Assembly: GCA_963837955.1 (NCBI GenBank)
Contig: CAWIPH010000002.1
Coordinates: forward strand, 4,640,001-4,704,000
Origin: an uncultured Verrucomicrobiae bacterium
GTDB taxonomy: Bacteria; Verrucomicrobiota; Verrucomicrobiia; Chthoniobacterales; JAFAMB01
DNA: 64,000 nt
Direction of reading: 5' to 3'
Position 1 is the first letter of the stretch. Each line of letters starts with the position of its first letter. Made by a program: the position numbers and the translations under genes. Shown here piece after piece: positions 51,649 through 61,821 of this stretch. The notes beneath the pieces were generated by a model, which was given only the letters and a program-made list of their open reading frames with translations, did no database searches and was not told the DNA's origin.

Positions 51649-52314
51649 ATGGTGATAAAACGTTGTCCAAAAGTGATTCTGGAAGGCACCCGACTTACCG
51701 GCAAGACGGACCTCGCCTTTGCATTGAATGAACACCCGCGAATCGTCGGAGTGCGGAAGTATCGCTATCACTCGCCGATAATCTCGGCCGAGTGGAATGG
51801 GTTCACCCGCAGCCCGTATGGCGCCAGCCTGATCAACTTCGAGCCCGAGTCTGAAGAACTCGTGCTAGAAGCGTACCGCACCTGGGCCAAGCTATTCGAA
51901 TTGTACCGATACTATTCTTGGATCGTAGATCGTTTTCACATTTCGACCCAAGCCTGGCAGTTAATTTACGCTCATCGGCGCTACGAATTTACCTGGTTGG
52001 AAACACGCCTGGTGAAGCTTGGATTCAGATTGATTTTTTGCTGGCGGCAGCCGGACTCATTCGAAGAGGCTCGCAAACGGCGCCTGAAAATCTCGAGCAA
52101 TCCTTCCCAATACGAGGATCTCAGCCTGTTCTTGCGCGAACAAGAGGTGCTACAGGAGTTAATCGATCGCTCTTTGCTTCCAAAGTTTGTCGTCGACGTA
52201 ACCGAAAGCACCGTGGAACAAAACGCGACTCGGGTTGCGGACTGGCTGGAAGCAACCGGTGGATTGACTGCGCCAGACGAATCAAACTCTTTGCAAAAAC
52301 AGCGCCGCCGCTAA
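51649..52314 (+). CDS. P-loop kinase-like protein (dNMP kinase fold, inferred)
   Basis: ILEGTRLTGKT Walker A; WIVDRF resembles the TMK DR motif. Confidence 0.6.
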   Translation: MVIKRCPKVILEGTRLTGKTDLAFALNEHPRIVGVRKYRYHSPIISAEWNGFTRSPYGASLINFEPESEELVLEAYRTWAKLFELYRYYSWIVDRFHISTQAWQLIYAHRRYEFTWLETRLVKLGFRLIFCWRQPDSFEEARKRRLKISSNPSQYEDLSLFLREQEVLQELIDRSLLPKFVVDVTESTVEQNATRVADWLEATGGLTAPDESNSLQKQRRR

Positions 52315-52345
52315 GATAAGAGTTATTTCCCCAAAAGTTATCGTC

Positions 52346-53521
52346 GTGGGCCGAATCCTAATCATCCTTCTAATGGTGGCGGGGGCGCATATTAGTGCGG
52401 CCTGGACTAACGGACAGCTGCTGATATGGATGGATGCCGATCGCGCTTGCGCCATGCAGCAGGTCGCCGAAAAGTTCGAACAGGATTTCGGAATTACGGT
52501 CCGGGTCGAAACACCGGAAAAGATCACCGATAGTTTTCCGCTTGCCGCCCAAGCAGGCAAAGGGCCAGACATTGTCATTTGGCCACATGATAAAGTCGGC
52601 GAATGGGCTGACGGAGGAGTGATTGCCCCGATCGAAGTCACCGCCGCTTACCAAGAGCAGCTCTATCCCATTGCCTGGGAGGCCGTACGCCATCGCAAGC
52701 AACTTTGGGGATATCCTATCAGTCTCGAAGTCGTCACCTTGATCTATAACAAGAGCCTGGTGGACACGCCTCCCGCTCAACTCAGCGATCTCATCCCTTT
52801 CCACCAAAGGTTTAAAGCGGCGCATCCGGACCTGAATTCGATTCTCTGGGATTACAGCAGTCCCTTTTATTCATGGGGCATCCTGGCCAGCGCGGGAGCT
52901 TATGCCTTTGCCAAAACGAACGATGGATACGATGCCCACAACGTTGGGGTCGCCAATAGCGGGGCAGTTCGAGCGTTATCAGAGATCGTTCACTTGATCG
53001 AAATTGGTGTTCTACCCCGAATGGCCTCCAACAGTGAGATACCCGGATCGTTGATGGCTGAGGGTAAGCTCGCTATGATTATTTCCGGACCTTGGGATTG
53101 GCCCAACCTCATGAAAAGCGGGATCGACTTTGGCGTAGCGCCAGTCCCGGGTATAGATGGCAAACCCGGAAAAGCATTCATTGGTGTTACGGTGGCCTAC
53201 CTTAACCGTAGCTCACCGAATCGAGACCTAGCGAAAGAGTTTCTGGAGAAATATGCATTCACCAAGGAAAGCTTGTGTGCGATGGACCACCTCAAGCCGA
53301 TTGGAATCCCGGCTCTCGTTTCGCTTTACGAGGAACTCTCTCAGACCAATCCCCTCCTCCGAGACATGAAGCGCTGTGCGGACGCAGGAGAAGTGATGCC
53401 GAATATTCCGCAGATGGGTCGGTTCTGGACAGCGGTGGGGGCGGCTCTTGAGCTTGCCACCAACGGCCGGACCACACCGGCAGCGGCTTTGACGGAAGCT
53501 CAACACAATATGTTGAAGTGA
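52346..53521 (+). CDS. malE: Maltose/maltodextrin ABC substrate-binding protein (MalE-like)
   Basis: LLIW...FEQDFGITVRVETP, GKGPDIVIWPHD, MPNIPQMGRFW. Confidence 0.85.
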   Translation: MGRILIILLMVAGAHISAAWTNGQLLIWMDADRACAMQQVAEKFEQDFGITVRVETPEKITDSFPLAAQAGKGPDIVIWPHDKVGEWADGGVIAPIEVTAAYQEQLYPIAWEAVRHRKQLWGYPISLEVVTLIYNKSLVDTPPAQLSDLIPFHQRFKAAHPDLNSILWDYSSPFYSWGILASAGAYAFAKTNDGYDAHNVGVANSGAVRALSEIVHLIEIGVLPRMASNSEIPGSLMAEGKLAMIISGPWDWPNLMKSGIDFGVAPVPGIDGKPGKAFIGVTVAYLNRSSPNRDLAKEFLEKYAFTKESLCAMDHLKPIGIPALVSLYEELSQTNPLLRDMKRCADAGEVMPNIPQMGRFWTAVGAALELATNGRTTPAAALTEAQHNMLK

Positions 53522-53618
53522 GGCGCCTTTTCTCACTGGCACTCTGCAGGTTTGAGGAGGCGAAAGAATCCCTTGCGAGCGGTTGGGGCCATGTTAGAAG
53601 TTCGTTCTCCTCTGATCC

Positions 53619-53701
53619 GCTCGGGTGGTGAAATGGCAGACACGTACGTTTGAGGGGCGTATGCCGCAAGGCGTGGGGGTTCAAGTCCCCCCCGAGCACC
53701 A
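53619..53701 (+). tRNA. tRNA-Leu(GAG)
   Basis: GCTCGGG/CCCGAGC acceptor stem, anticodon arm TACGT-TTGAGGG-GCGTA, long variable arm, GGTTCAAGTCC T-arm, encoded CCA. Confidence 0.96.
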
Positions 53702-53711
53702 CTCCTCAACT

Positions 53712-54803
53712 ATGGATAGCGCGCTACGCTCGATCACAGTCGATCTCGGTCCCCGAAGTTACCAGGTTGCTATCGGAAAAGGCCTTTTGCGACAAGCCGG
53801 GCCGACGATCCGGAATCTCGGATTCGACGGCCAGGTGGCGATCGTTACGGACGAGATTGTCGGTCGTCTTTACAGCGAACGGCTGGTTGCCTCTCTCACT
53901 CAGGCCGGATTTTCCTGTTGCCAAGAGGTCATTCCGTCTGGTGAAAATTCCAAATCTTTTGCGGTGGCAGAACAGGTGTGCGAAGCCCTCTCTCGGAGTC
54001 GAGTTGATCGATCCGGTTTCATTGTCGCCCTGGGAGGAGGGGTGGTCGGGGATCTCGCCGGTTTCGTCGCGTCGATTTACGCTCGGGGCATTCCGTACAT
54101 CCAAGTCCCGACCACGGTCATGGCTCAAGTTGACAGTGCCGTCGGCGGAAAGACAGCGATCAATCTGCACGCGGGAAAGAACCTAGTCGGTGCTTTTCAT
54201 CAACCAGCGTTGGTGCTTGCGGACACAGACACCCTGGCAACGCTACCGGCGCGCGTAAAGAGCGAAGGCCTTGCGGAGGTCATCAAATATGGCGTCATCG
54301 AGCAACCAAATCTGCTGGATGCTCTCTCGGAACCTAGCCTTTCAGATCTCGGGCCCCTGATTGCGGACTGTGTTTCAATCAAAACTCGGATCGTGGTCCA
54401 AGACGAACGAGAAAGTTCGGGAGAGCGCGCACTCTTAAATTTCGGCCATACAATCGGTCATGGGATTGAGGCCGTTGCCGGATATGGAACGATGCTTCAT
54501 GGCGAAGCGATAAGTCTGGGCATGCGGGCTGCCATGTGGCTTTCTGTACGCAGGGCCGGATTTCCAGAAAGAGATTACCAAAGGGTCGTATCGCTGCTCG
54601 AGGAGCTTGGTCTTCCGACCGTGCTCCCTCATAATTTCTCGACCGAAGCCATCATCGATAAGGTCTCTACCGATAAGAAATTTGTTCGGGGAGAAGTGCG
54701 CTTCGTTCTGACTCCTGGTTTAGGTGCGGCATTCGTTTCGGATAAAATTACAAGGGACGATCTTGCCACCGCCGTGGACGTCTTGAGAGAATCACACGTG
54801 TGA
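53712..54803 (+). CDS. aroB: 3-dehydroquinate synthase
   Basis: GENSKS, GGGVVGD, DSAVGGKT, LNFGHTIGH, HGEA. Confidence 0.96.
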   Translation: MDSALRSITVDLGPRSYQVAIGKGLLRQAGPTIRNLGFDGQVAIVTDEIVGRLYSERLVASLTQAGFSCCQEVIPSGENSKSFAVAEQVCEALSRSRVDRSGFIVALGGGVVGDLAGFVASIYARGIPYIQVPTTVMAQVDSAVGGKTAINLHAGKNLVGAFHQPALVLADTDTLATLPARVKSEGLAEVIKYGVIEQPNLLDALSEPSLSDLGPLIADCVSIKTRIVVQDERESSGERALLNFGHTIGHGIEAVAGYGTMLHGEAISLGMRAAMWLSVRRAGFPERDYQRVVSLLEELGLPTVLPHNFSTEAIIDKVSTDKKFVRGEVRFVLTPGLGAAFVSDKITRDDLATAVDVLRESHV

Positions 54804-55888
54804 CCCGTACCGAGGCGTATATTGCTTTGAATATGGTGGCCCATCTGGGCCCGATTCGATTGCGCAAGCTTCTAGATCGTTTTCAGGACCCGCAGCGAAT
54901 CCTCCAAGCCAGCCGGGCGGAGTTACAGGAGATCGAAGGTTTACCGAATCCTGCCATTGAAGCGATCCTATCCTGGGAGTCAGAGAATGATTTGACCAAC
55001 GAGCTCCGTCGGATCAACGACTATGGCGCCAAAATTCTTACTCAGGAAGATCATCTCTACCCTCGACTTCTGCGCGAAATTTATGATCCGCCAATCGTTC
55101 TGTATGTCTGGGGCGAGATTTTGGAGCGTGATCAACACGCGATCGGAGTTGTCGGTTCGAGACGCACTACCCATTACGGAATCGAATGCGCGAAGCGCCT
55201 TTCTTATCAAATCGCGTATTCCGGAATAACGGTGGTAAGTGGATTGGCGCGCGGAATCGATACCGCAGCGCACCAAGGGGCGTTAGCTGCCAAAGGCCGG
55301 ACAATCGCAGTGCTCGGTACCGGATTGAATTACCTCTATCCAGCCGAGAACCGGGCGCTTGCGGAAAAAATCAGTACCTCCGGAGCGATCGTTACTGAAT
55401 TTCCAATGGACACCACACCGGATCGGCAAACGTTTCCGATGCGTAATCGGATCATCAGTGGTCTAAGCTTTGGCCTTTTGGTGGTAGAGGCTGGGGCGAA
55501 TAGCGGCGCATTGATCAGCGCATCGCAAGCTGCCGAACAAGGCCGATCCCTCTACTCGGTACCTGGACCGATCGACCGGCCCACTTCATTTGGATCGAAT
55601 CGTCTTATTCAACAAGGCGCGAAATTGGTGATGAGTGTCGATGATATTCTAGAGGATTTACAGACGCTTTTCCCGAAGCCGCCCGAACTCGTTGCCAGCC
55701 GGCCGCCGGACTTGGAGGGCGATCTACTGACTGTCTATAAAGCAATTGGCTCGACCGAAACTTCGATCGATACCATCATCGAAGCGTCCGGCCTCATGGC
55801 CGGCACGGTAAGCGCAACTCTTCTCCAACTCGAGATGCGCCGGCTGGTCCGTCAGCTACCGGGAAAGTTTTTTGTGAAACTTCTTTGA
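54800..55888 (+). CDS. dprA: DNA processing protein DprA
   Basis: VVGSR, SGLARGIDTAAH, FPMRNRIISG. Confidence 0.95.
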   Translation: MTRTEAYIALNMVAHLGPIRLRKLLDRFQDPQRILQASRAELQEIEGLPNPAIEAILSWESENDLTNELRRINDYGAKILTQEDHLYPRLLREIYDPPIVLYVWGEILERDQHAIGVVGSRRTTHYGIECAKRLSYQIAYSGITVVSGLARGIDTAAHQGALAAKGRTIAVLGTGLNYLYPAENRALAEKISTSGAIVTEFPMDTTPDRQTFPMRNRIISGLSFGLLVVEAGANSGALISASQAAEQGRSLYSVPGPIDRPTSFGSNRLIQQGAKLVMSVDDILEDLQTLFPKPPELVASRPPDLEGDLLTVYKAIGSTETSIDTIIEASGLMAGTVSATLLQLEMRRLVRQLPGKFFVKLL

Positions 55889-56036
55889 CGCAAATTTTCG
55901 GTCTACTCACGAGGAAACCCGTCTCGCCTCCAACCTCTTGCGAGCATAGGGAGGAAGAACAAATGAGTTGCCACTTAGGAGGTTGGCCTTTACTGTCCCG
56001 CTCCAAATTTGGGAGCCGAACAGACGAACTTTGCTG

Positions 56037-58517
56037 ATGGGTAAAACACTGGTCATCGCGGAAAAGCCGAGTGTCGCCCTCGATTTCACCCGCGCACTGG
56101 GGAGATTCGAGAAGCAAGGCGAATACTTCGAAAATGACCGCTTCATCGTCTCATCAGCCATCGGCCATCTGGTGGAACTTTGCTTGCCAGGTGAGCTCGA
56201 CAAGAAACGCGGGAAATGGAGTTTCCAGAGTTTGCCTATTATTCCGGATGAGTTCGAACTGAAACCGATCGCGAAAACGGAAGCAAGGTTCAAGCTTCTG
56301 AAGCGCCTGATGAAGCGTGACGACGTCGATCTCATCGTCAACGCTTGCGATGCCGGACGAGAAGGAGAATTGATTTTTCGGTACTTGGTTCGACTGGCTG
56401 GAGTCCATAAACCATCGCAGCGACTTTGGTTGCAATCGATGACTTTGGAATCGATTCGATCCGCGTTTGATCATTTGCGGTCCGATCAGGAAATGATACC
56501 GCTGGCCGAAGCCGCGGTCTGCCGCTCTGAGAGCGACTGGCTGGTGGGCATAAATGCCACCAGAGCGATGACAGCCTTCAACTCTAAAGTTGGCGGCTTC
56601 CAACTAACTCCAGTTGGACGAGTGCAAACTCCTACTCTGGCGATATTGGTAGAGCGGGAAGTAAAAATCCGGACCTTTCAACCGCGAACTTATTGGGAAT
56701 TGTTTGCCGATTTCGAAATTGGCAAAGGAATCTATCGAGGACGCTGGTTTGACGAATCGTTTACGAAGGATCCGGATGAAGATCGCAGGGCGGAGCGGAT
56801 TTGGTCCGCCGAGAAGGCAGAGACGATCAAAGCGAAGGTGGTCGGCAAGACCGGAACGATCTCGGAAGAAAAAAAGCCAACTACTCAAGCTCCGCCGTTA
56901 CTCTACGATCTCACTTCGTTGCAACGCGAGGCCAACGGTCGTTTCGGTTTCTCCGCCCGCCGAACTCTCCAAGTCGCTCAGCAGCTTTATGAGCGGTATA
57001 AGTTAATCACCTACCCGAGAACCGACTCTCGCTATCTGCCAGAAGATTATTTGGGGACGGCTACTAATGTCCTGCGCAATTTGCGAGATCCCTCGCTCGC
57101 GCCACACGCTCAAAAGGCCTTACAAAGCGGTTGGGTACGACCGAGCAAACGGATCTTTAACAACGCAAAAATAACGGATCACAACGCCATCATTCCGACC
57201 GGTGAAACTCCGAAGCATCTCGACGAAGCCCAACAAAAGCTCTTCGATATGATCACCCGCCGCTTTGTAGCGGTTTTTTTCCCGGCTGCCCAGTTCGAGG
57301 TGACAACGCGCATTACCCGCGTTGCAGAGGAAGCCTTCAAAACGGAAGGAAAGATCATCAAAGATCCAGGCTGGCTAGCTGTCTACGGAAGGCAGGCTGC
57401 TGGGGACGATGAAAGCGAAACTTTGGTGGAATTGACCGGGAGCGAGTCCGCAATCACTCGCAACGCAGAAATCAAAGAGAGCCAGACTAAGCCGCCCGCT
57501 CGTTACTCTGAAGCGACGCTCCTTTCCGCGATGGAAAGCGCCGGTAAACTGGTGGACGATGAAGAGCTGCGAGACGCGATGTCCGCCAAAGGCCTGGGAA
57601 CGCCGGCTACCCGTGCCGCGATCATTGAAGGCCTGATTCAAGACGGATATATCGCCCGAGAGGGTCGCGAGTTGATTGCAACCGCGAAAGGGATCTCCCT
57701 GGTTACGTTACTCAGGGGAATCGGCATCGAGTTGCTCTCTTCGCCTGAATTGACCGGAGAATGGGAGTATCAGCTCAAGTTGATGGAACAGGGCCAGCTG
57801 GAAAGGCCCGAGTTCATGTCCAAAATCAAAGATTTGACCCGGCAAATCGTGGATAAGGCAAAAAATTTTGAGAGTGACGTGGTCGAGGGTATCTATGTCA
57901 CGCTGGAGGTCAAATGTCCGAATTGCGGAGCCCCCCAACTAAAAGAGGATTATCGGACGTATCATTGCCAGACCTGTGGTTTTCGACTCTTTAAGAACAT
58001 TGCCAGTCGCGAACTGAGTCCGGAAGAAGCGACCGTTTTGGTGCGAGAAAGAAAGCTTGGGCCGCTTGACGGCTTCCGCAGCAAAACCGGCCGACTTTTC
58101 TCGGCGCAATTGATCTTGAACGAGGAGAACAAACCGCAGTTCTCTTTTGAGAATAACGGCCTGTCCGCCAATTTAGAAGTCGATCCGGCCACTCATCCGG
58201 TGGTCGGACCTTGCCAGGTTTGTGGAACAGGTTCTGTCTACGACTTGGGCTCGGTCTATATTTGCGAGAACGTGTCGAAGGGCACATGCACGTTCAAGAT
58301 GAGCAAGACGATCTTGCAGCGGGAAGTATCACCCGATCAGCTTAAAAAGATGTTAATCGAAGGGAGGAGCGACTTGCTCCGTCGGTTCATATCCAAAAAA
58401 GGCCGCCCATTTGACGCGGTTCTTACGTTGAACAAGGGGAAGATGGGGTGGGAATTCGCCAAGCGCCCAACTCGAAAAAAGCGAACTCCTGGGCCAGCCG
58501 AGGGGAAAACGTCCTAG
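56037..58517 (+). CDS. topB: Type IA DNA topoisomerase III
   Basis: IAEKPSVA, DAGREGELIF, GRVQTPTL, ITYPRTDS, GLGTPATRA, C-terminal repeats. Confidence 0.88.
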   Translation: MGKTLVIAEKPSVALDFTRALGRFEKQGEYFENDRFIVSSAIGHLVELCLPGELDKKRGKWSFQSLPIIPDEFELKPIAKTEARFKLLKRLMKRDDVDLIVNACDAGREGELIFRYLVRLAGVHKPSQRLWLQSMTLESIRSAFDHLRSDQEMIPLAEAAVCRSESDWLVGINATRAMTAFNSKVGGFQLTPVGRVQTPTLAILVEREVKIRTFQPRTYWELFADFEIGKGIYRGRWFDESFTKDPDEDRRAERIWSAEKAETIKAKVVGKTGTISEEKKPTTQAPPLLYDLTSLQREANGRFGFSARRTLQVAQQLYERYKLITYPRTDSRYLPEDYLGTATNVLRNLRDPSLAPHAQKALQSGWVRPSKRIFNNAKITDHNAIIPTGETPKHLDEAQQKLFDMITRRFVAVFFPAAQFEVTTRITRVAEEAFKTEGKIIKDPGWLAVYGRQAAGDDESETLVELTGSESAITRNAEIKESQTKPPARYSEATLLSAMESAGKLVDDEELRDAMSAKGLGTPATRAAIIEGLIQDGYIAREGRELIATAKGISLVTLLRGIGIELLSSPELTGEWEYQLKLMEQGQLERPEFMSKIKDLTRQIVDKAKNFESDVVEGIYVTLEVKCPNCGAPQLKEDYRTYHCQTCGFRLFKNIASRELSPEEATVLVRERKLGPLDGFRSKTGRLFSAQLILNEENKPQFSFENNGLSANLEVDPATHPVVGPCQVCGTGSVYDLGSVYICENVSKGTCTFKMSKTILQREVSPDQLKKMLIEGRSDLLRRFISKKGRPFDAVLTLNKGKMGWEFAKRPTRKKRTPGPAEGKTS

Positions 58518-58550
58518 GGCAGGAACCGCCGCTTGGACGGCACGCGTTGT

Positions 58551-60698
58551 CTACGTCGGTTGAACGACTCCTTCAACGCTTTCTTTTTTTCCGGAAGTCT
58601 TCACGACCACCGGCTTAGCTTCAATCTCGACACGCTTTCGCTTTGTTATCTGATCAAGAAAGAGTGCCTGCACATCAATCCGTTCACCGTCGATCGGCAG
58701 CCGGCGGTAGGTGAACCCAGGTCCTTGTTCCCTGGCTTTCACGTTATCCTGCCAATAGTACTCCAGCATTTGGTCGATTTGCGCTTTGAGATCTTGCTCC
58801 TCAATCGGAAAACAAGTTTCAACGCGCCGGAAAAAGTTGCGCGGCATCCAATCGGCGCTGGCCAAATAGATCGCTGGCTGTCCAGCATTCTCGAATCGAA
58901 AGATTCTGCTGTGCTCCAAAAAGCGACCGACCAAACTACGCACAACGATATTCTCGCTCACGCCCGGGACTTGTGCGCGCAGACTACAGACTCCCCGAAT
59001 TAACAGGCGGATGCGAACGCCGGCCTGTGATGCCAGATAAAGGGCCTGAATAGTTTCAGTGTCGACGAGCGAGTTGAGCTTGGCGAAAATGGTTGCAGGT
59101 TTTCCGGCTTTGGCGTTCTCTGCCTCGCGTTCAATCATCTCGAGGACAAATTCATGAAGCGCTTTGGGAGCTGCCTTGATTTTTCTCAACTCGGGAAAAA
59201 CCGAGACACCGGTAAGCCAGTTAAACAGTTCCGCACAATCGTCCGTCAGAACTGGATCACACGTAAGGTAACCCAGATCGGTGTATAGCCGCGCGGTCGA
59301 AGGGTGGTAATTCCCGGTTCCCAGATGCAAATAGCGGCGGAGGCCATCTTCCTCCTTACGGACGACCAATGCGAGCTTGGCATGGGTTTTTAGCCCAACG
59401 ATTCCGTACACGACATGGACTCCAGCCTCCTGAAGCGTTCGCGCCCATTTGATATTGGCCGCTTCGTCGAAGCGCGCCTTAAGCTCAATCACGACCGTTA
59501 CTTGCTTACCGCTTTCGGCCGCCTCTCCCAGCGAGGCAACGATCTGAGAATCCCCGCTGGTTCGGTACAAAGTTTGCTTGATCGCCAGCACGTTCGGGTC
59601 TTGTGCTGCTTGCTCAATAAAGTCGAGCACACTTTGAAAACTCTCGTAGGGATGGTGCACCAGAATAGAGCGGCGGCGAATCTGGGAGAAAATGTCGTCC
59701 TGATCTTCGGGGGCAGTGACGATCGCCGGAACGAATGGCTTAAATTTGAGATCGGGCCGGTCGACCCCAGAAATCACCGGCATCAATCGCAGGAAATTGA
59801 TGGGTCCATCTACGGCATACAAATCGGCGTCGGTGAGACCGAACGTCTGCAGAAGTTGATCTGAGATATGCGGCGGACACTCTTGCTGAACTTCAAGGCG
59901 GACCGCATCCCCCCGGCTACGCTTGCGCAACTCCAATTCGATCGCTTTCAGTAAATTCTCGGATTCCTCTTCGTCAAGATACAGGTCGCTATTGCGGGTA
60001 ACCCGGAACTGATAGGCACCTTTTACCTTCACCCCATGAAATAATGCGCCTACGTGCGCTTGGATAAGGTTTCCAATGAAAATATACCGGTAAATGCCGC
60101 GTTCGCCGGCTTTGTAAGGAAGCAAACGAGGCAAAATTCTCGGCACCTGGACGATAGCCAGATTGGTGTTGAGATCCTTTCCCTCCAGTTCCACAACCAC
60201 ATTTAAGCTCTTGTTGAGAAGCTGAGGGAAAGGATGGACCGGATCGACCGCCAGAGGCGTTAGCACCGGGTAGACGGAGGTTCGGAAATAGTTGGAATAG
60301 TAGTTCTTTTCGTCGGGGCTGAGTTCCTCGTAGCGCAGAAAAAAAATGTTCTGATTCTCGAGTGCAGGGACTAAGGATTCTTTCCAAAGGCGGTATTGGT
60401 CGTCCAACATCTTCCGGACCCGAACCGAAATCGCAGCTAGCTGATCCGTCGGGCTCATCCCATCCGGCCCGGCATCGCTGATTCCGCTCTGGCGCTGTTG
60501 ATTTAGCCCAGCAACCCGGACCTCGAAAAATTCGTCGAGGTTCGAGCTGAGGATACAGAGAAACTTAACCCGCTCCAAAAGCGGATTGTTCGCATCCTGT
60601 GCTTCTTCTAAAACCCGCTGGTTGAATTCAAGCCAACTAAGCTCTCGGTTGATATAAAGCGACGGGTCTGTAAGAGAAGGTGTCGGGGGGAGCTGCAT
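58551..60698 (-). CDS. ppk1: Polyphosphate kinase 1
   Basis: YINRELSWLEFN, NLDEFFEVRVAG, HHPYESF, ARFDE, KTHAK, SADWMPRN. Confidence 0.96.
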   Translation of the reverse strand: MQLPPTPSLTDPSLYINRELSWLEFNQRVLEEAQDANNPLLERVKFLCILSSNLDEFFEVRVAGLNQQRQSGISDAGPDGMSPTDQLAAISVRVRKMLDDQYRLWKESLVPALENQNIFFLRYEELSPDEKNYYSNYFRTSVYPVLTPLAVDPVHPFPQLLNKSLNVVVELEGKDLNTNLAIVQVPRILPRLLPYKAGERGIYRYIFIGNLIQAHVGALFHGVKVKGAYQFRVTRNSDLYLDEEESENLLKAIELELRKRSRGDAVRLEVQQECPPHISDQLLQTFGLTDADLYAVDGPINFLRLMPVISGVDRPDLKFKPFVPAIVTAPEDQDDIFSQIRRRSILVHHPYESFQSVLDFIEQAAQDPNVLAIKQTLYRTSGDSQIVASLGEAAESGKQVTVVIELKARFDEAANIKWARTLQEAGVHVVYGIVGLKTHAKLALVVRKEEDGLRRYLHLGTGNYHPSTARLYTDLGYLTCDPVLTDDCAELFNWLTGVSVFPELRKIKAAPKALHEFVLEMIEREAENAKAGKPATIFAKLNSLVDTETIQALYLASQAGVRIRLLIRGVCSLRAQVPGVSENIVVRSLVGRFLEHSRIFRFENAGQPAIYLASADWMPRNFFRRVETCFPIEEQDLKAQIDQMLEYYWQDNVKAREQGPGFTYRRLPIDGERIDVQALFLDQITKRKRVEIEAKPVVVKTSGKKESVEGVVQPT

Positions 60699-60992
60699 GA
60701 GTTTCCGTTTCGTCGTGAGCTGATAGAGCCGTCTCGCCTGCATCCTTGTATACCTCGAATTTCCCCAACCGCTACCGGTCGGATGTGACAATTCGGTTAC
60801 ACTACCATAGTTGGCCGCTTCCGGACAGAACAATGGCGCTTGAAAGTGAACCTACTCAAAGACATGAATGCCGCCATGAGATCGCGGTTCCACCCTCGGC
60901 CGCAGGCGAAAACGACTACGCAATGTCTACGTCGGGGCTGGCTTTGTGGCGTTCCCCAAACGCTGCTAGCGTGTTGGCGACAGCCTCGATAG

Positions 60993-61688
60993 CTAATCCC
61001 AGTTCCGCCGGCCGCCTCCCAGGAGAGGCAGCAAGTAGTACAGAAGATAACCAAGCGAAGTAATAAAAGCGGCAACGTAGGTCAGCGCAGCCGCATTTAA
61101 TACTTTATTTACACCCTCGGCGTCTGTCTGGTTCCGATAAAATCCCAATTCGCCCAAAATGCGTTTTGCTCGCGCAGACGCATCGAATTCGACAGGCAGA
61201 GTGATCAAGTTAAACAGCATGATGATAGCCCAGGCGAAACACAGAATGATCAGCATCGGCCGAAGCATATGAGTGACAAATCCAAAGATCGGCAGAAATG
61301 CCACAGCCATATTAGCGAAACCGACCAAATGCACTGAAGCCATTCGCCAACCGAGCGGGGAGTAGGCGAGTTTATGCTGTACGGCATGGCCGCACTCGTG
61401 GGCAGCCACGCCCATGGCAGCGGTCGAAGTACCGCGAAAATTATCAGAGGAAAGCACCAGCCTCTTTGACATGGGGTCGTAATGATCTCCAAGGATCTGG
61501 TTGGATTCCACAATCTGGACGTCATTGATTCCGGACCGCTGCAAAATATGGGCAGCTACTTCCGCTCCAGACAAGCCCGCGGAAGAAGGGACCTGGCTAT
61601 ACTTGGCGTAGGTCGCCTTAACTTTCCAGGTCGCCCAAAGCGAAAGAGCGAAAGTTCCGACGAACAGCAGAATACTTAGAGCACCCAT
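60993..61688 (-). CDS. Membrane zinc metallopeptidase (YugP-like)
   Basis: [36 protein letters not shown]. Confidence 0.92.
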   Translation of the reverse strand: MGALSILLFVGTFALSLWATWKVKATYAKYSQVPSSAGLSGAEVAAHILQRSGINDVQIVESNQILGDHYDPMSKRLVLSSDNFRGTSTAAMGVAAHECGHAVQHKLAYSPLGWRMASVHLVGFANMAVAFLPIFGFVTHMLRPMLIILCFAWAIIMLFNLITLPVEFDASARAKRILGELGFYRNQTDAEGVNKVLNAAALTYVAAFITSLGYLLYYLLPLLGGGRRNWD

Positions 61689-61821
61689 TGTTGTTCCAAG
61701 AAGATACTCTGAACTTGGCAGGCAGCAAATTGTGGTGAATTCATTCGGGTGGGCACAGCGTCTGCTTTGTCATACGCTGCTCCCTCTCCCCCGGGAGGGC
61801 CCATCTATACGCGTGACCATT

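Noticed and set aside
53619..53701. tRNA as the attachment site of an integrated element
   Set aside because: No integrase and no duplicated tRNA 3' end seen; core aroB follows directly
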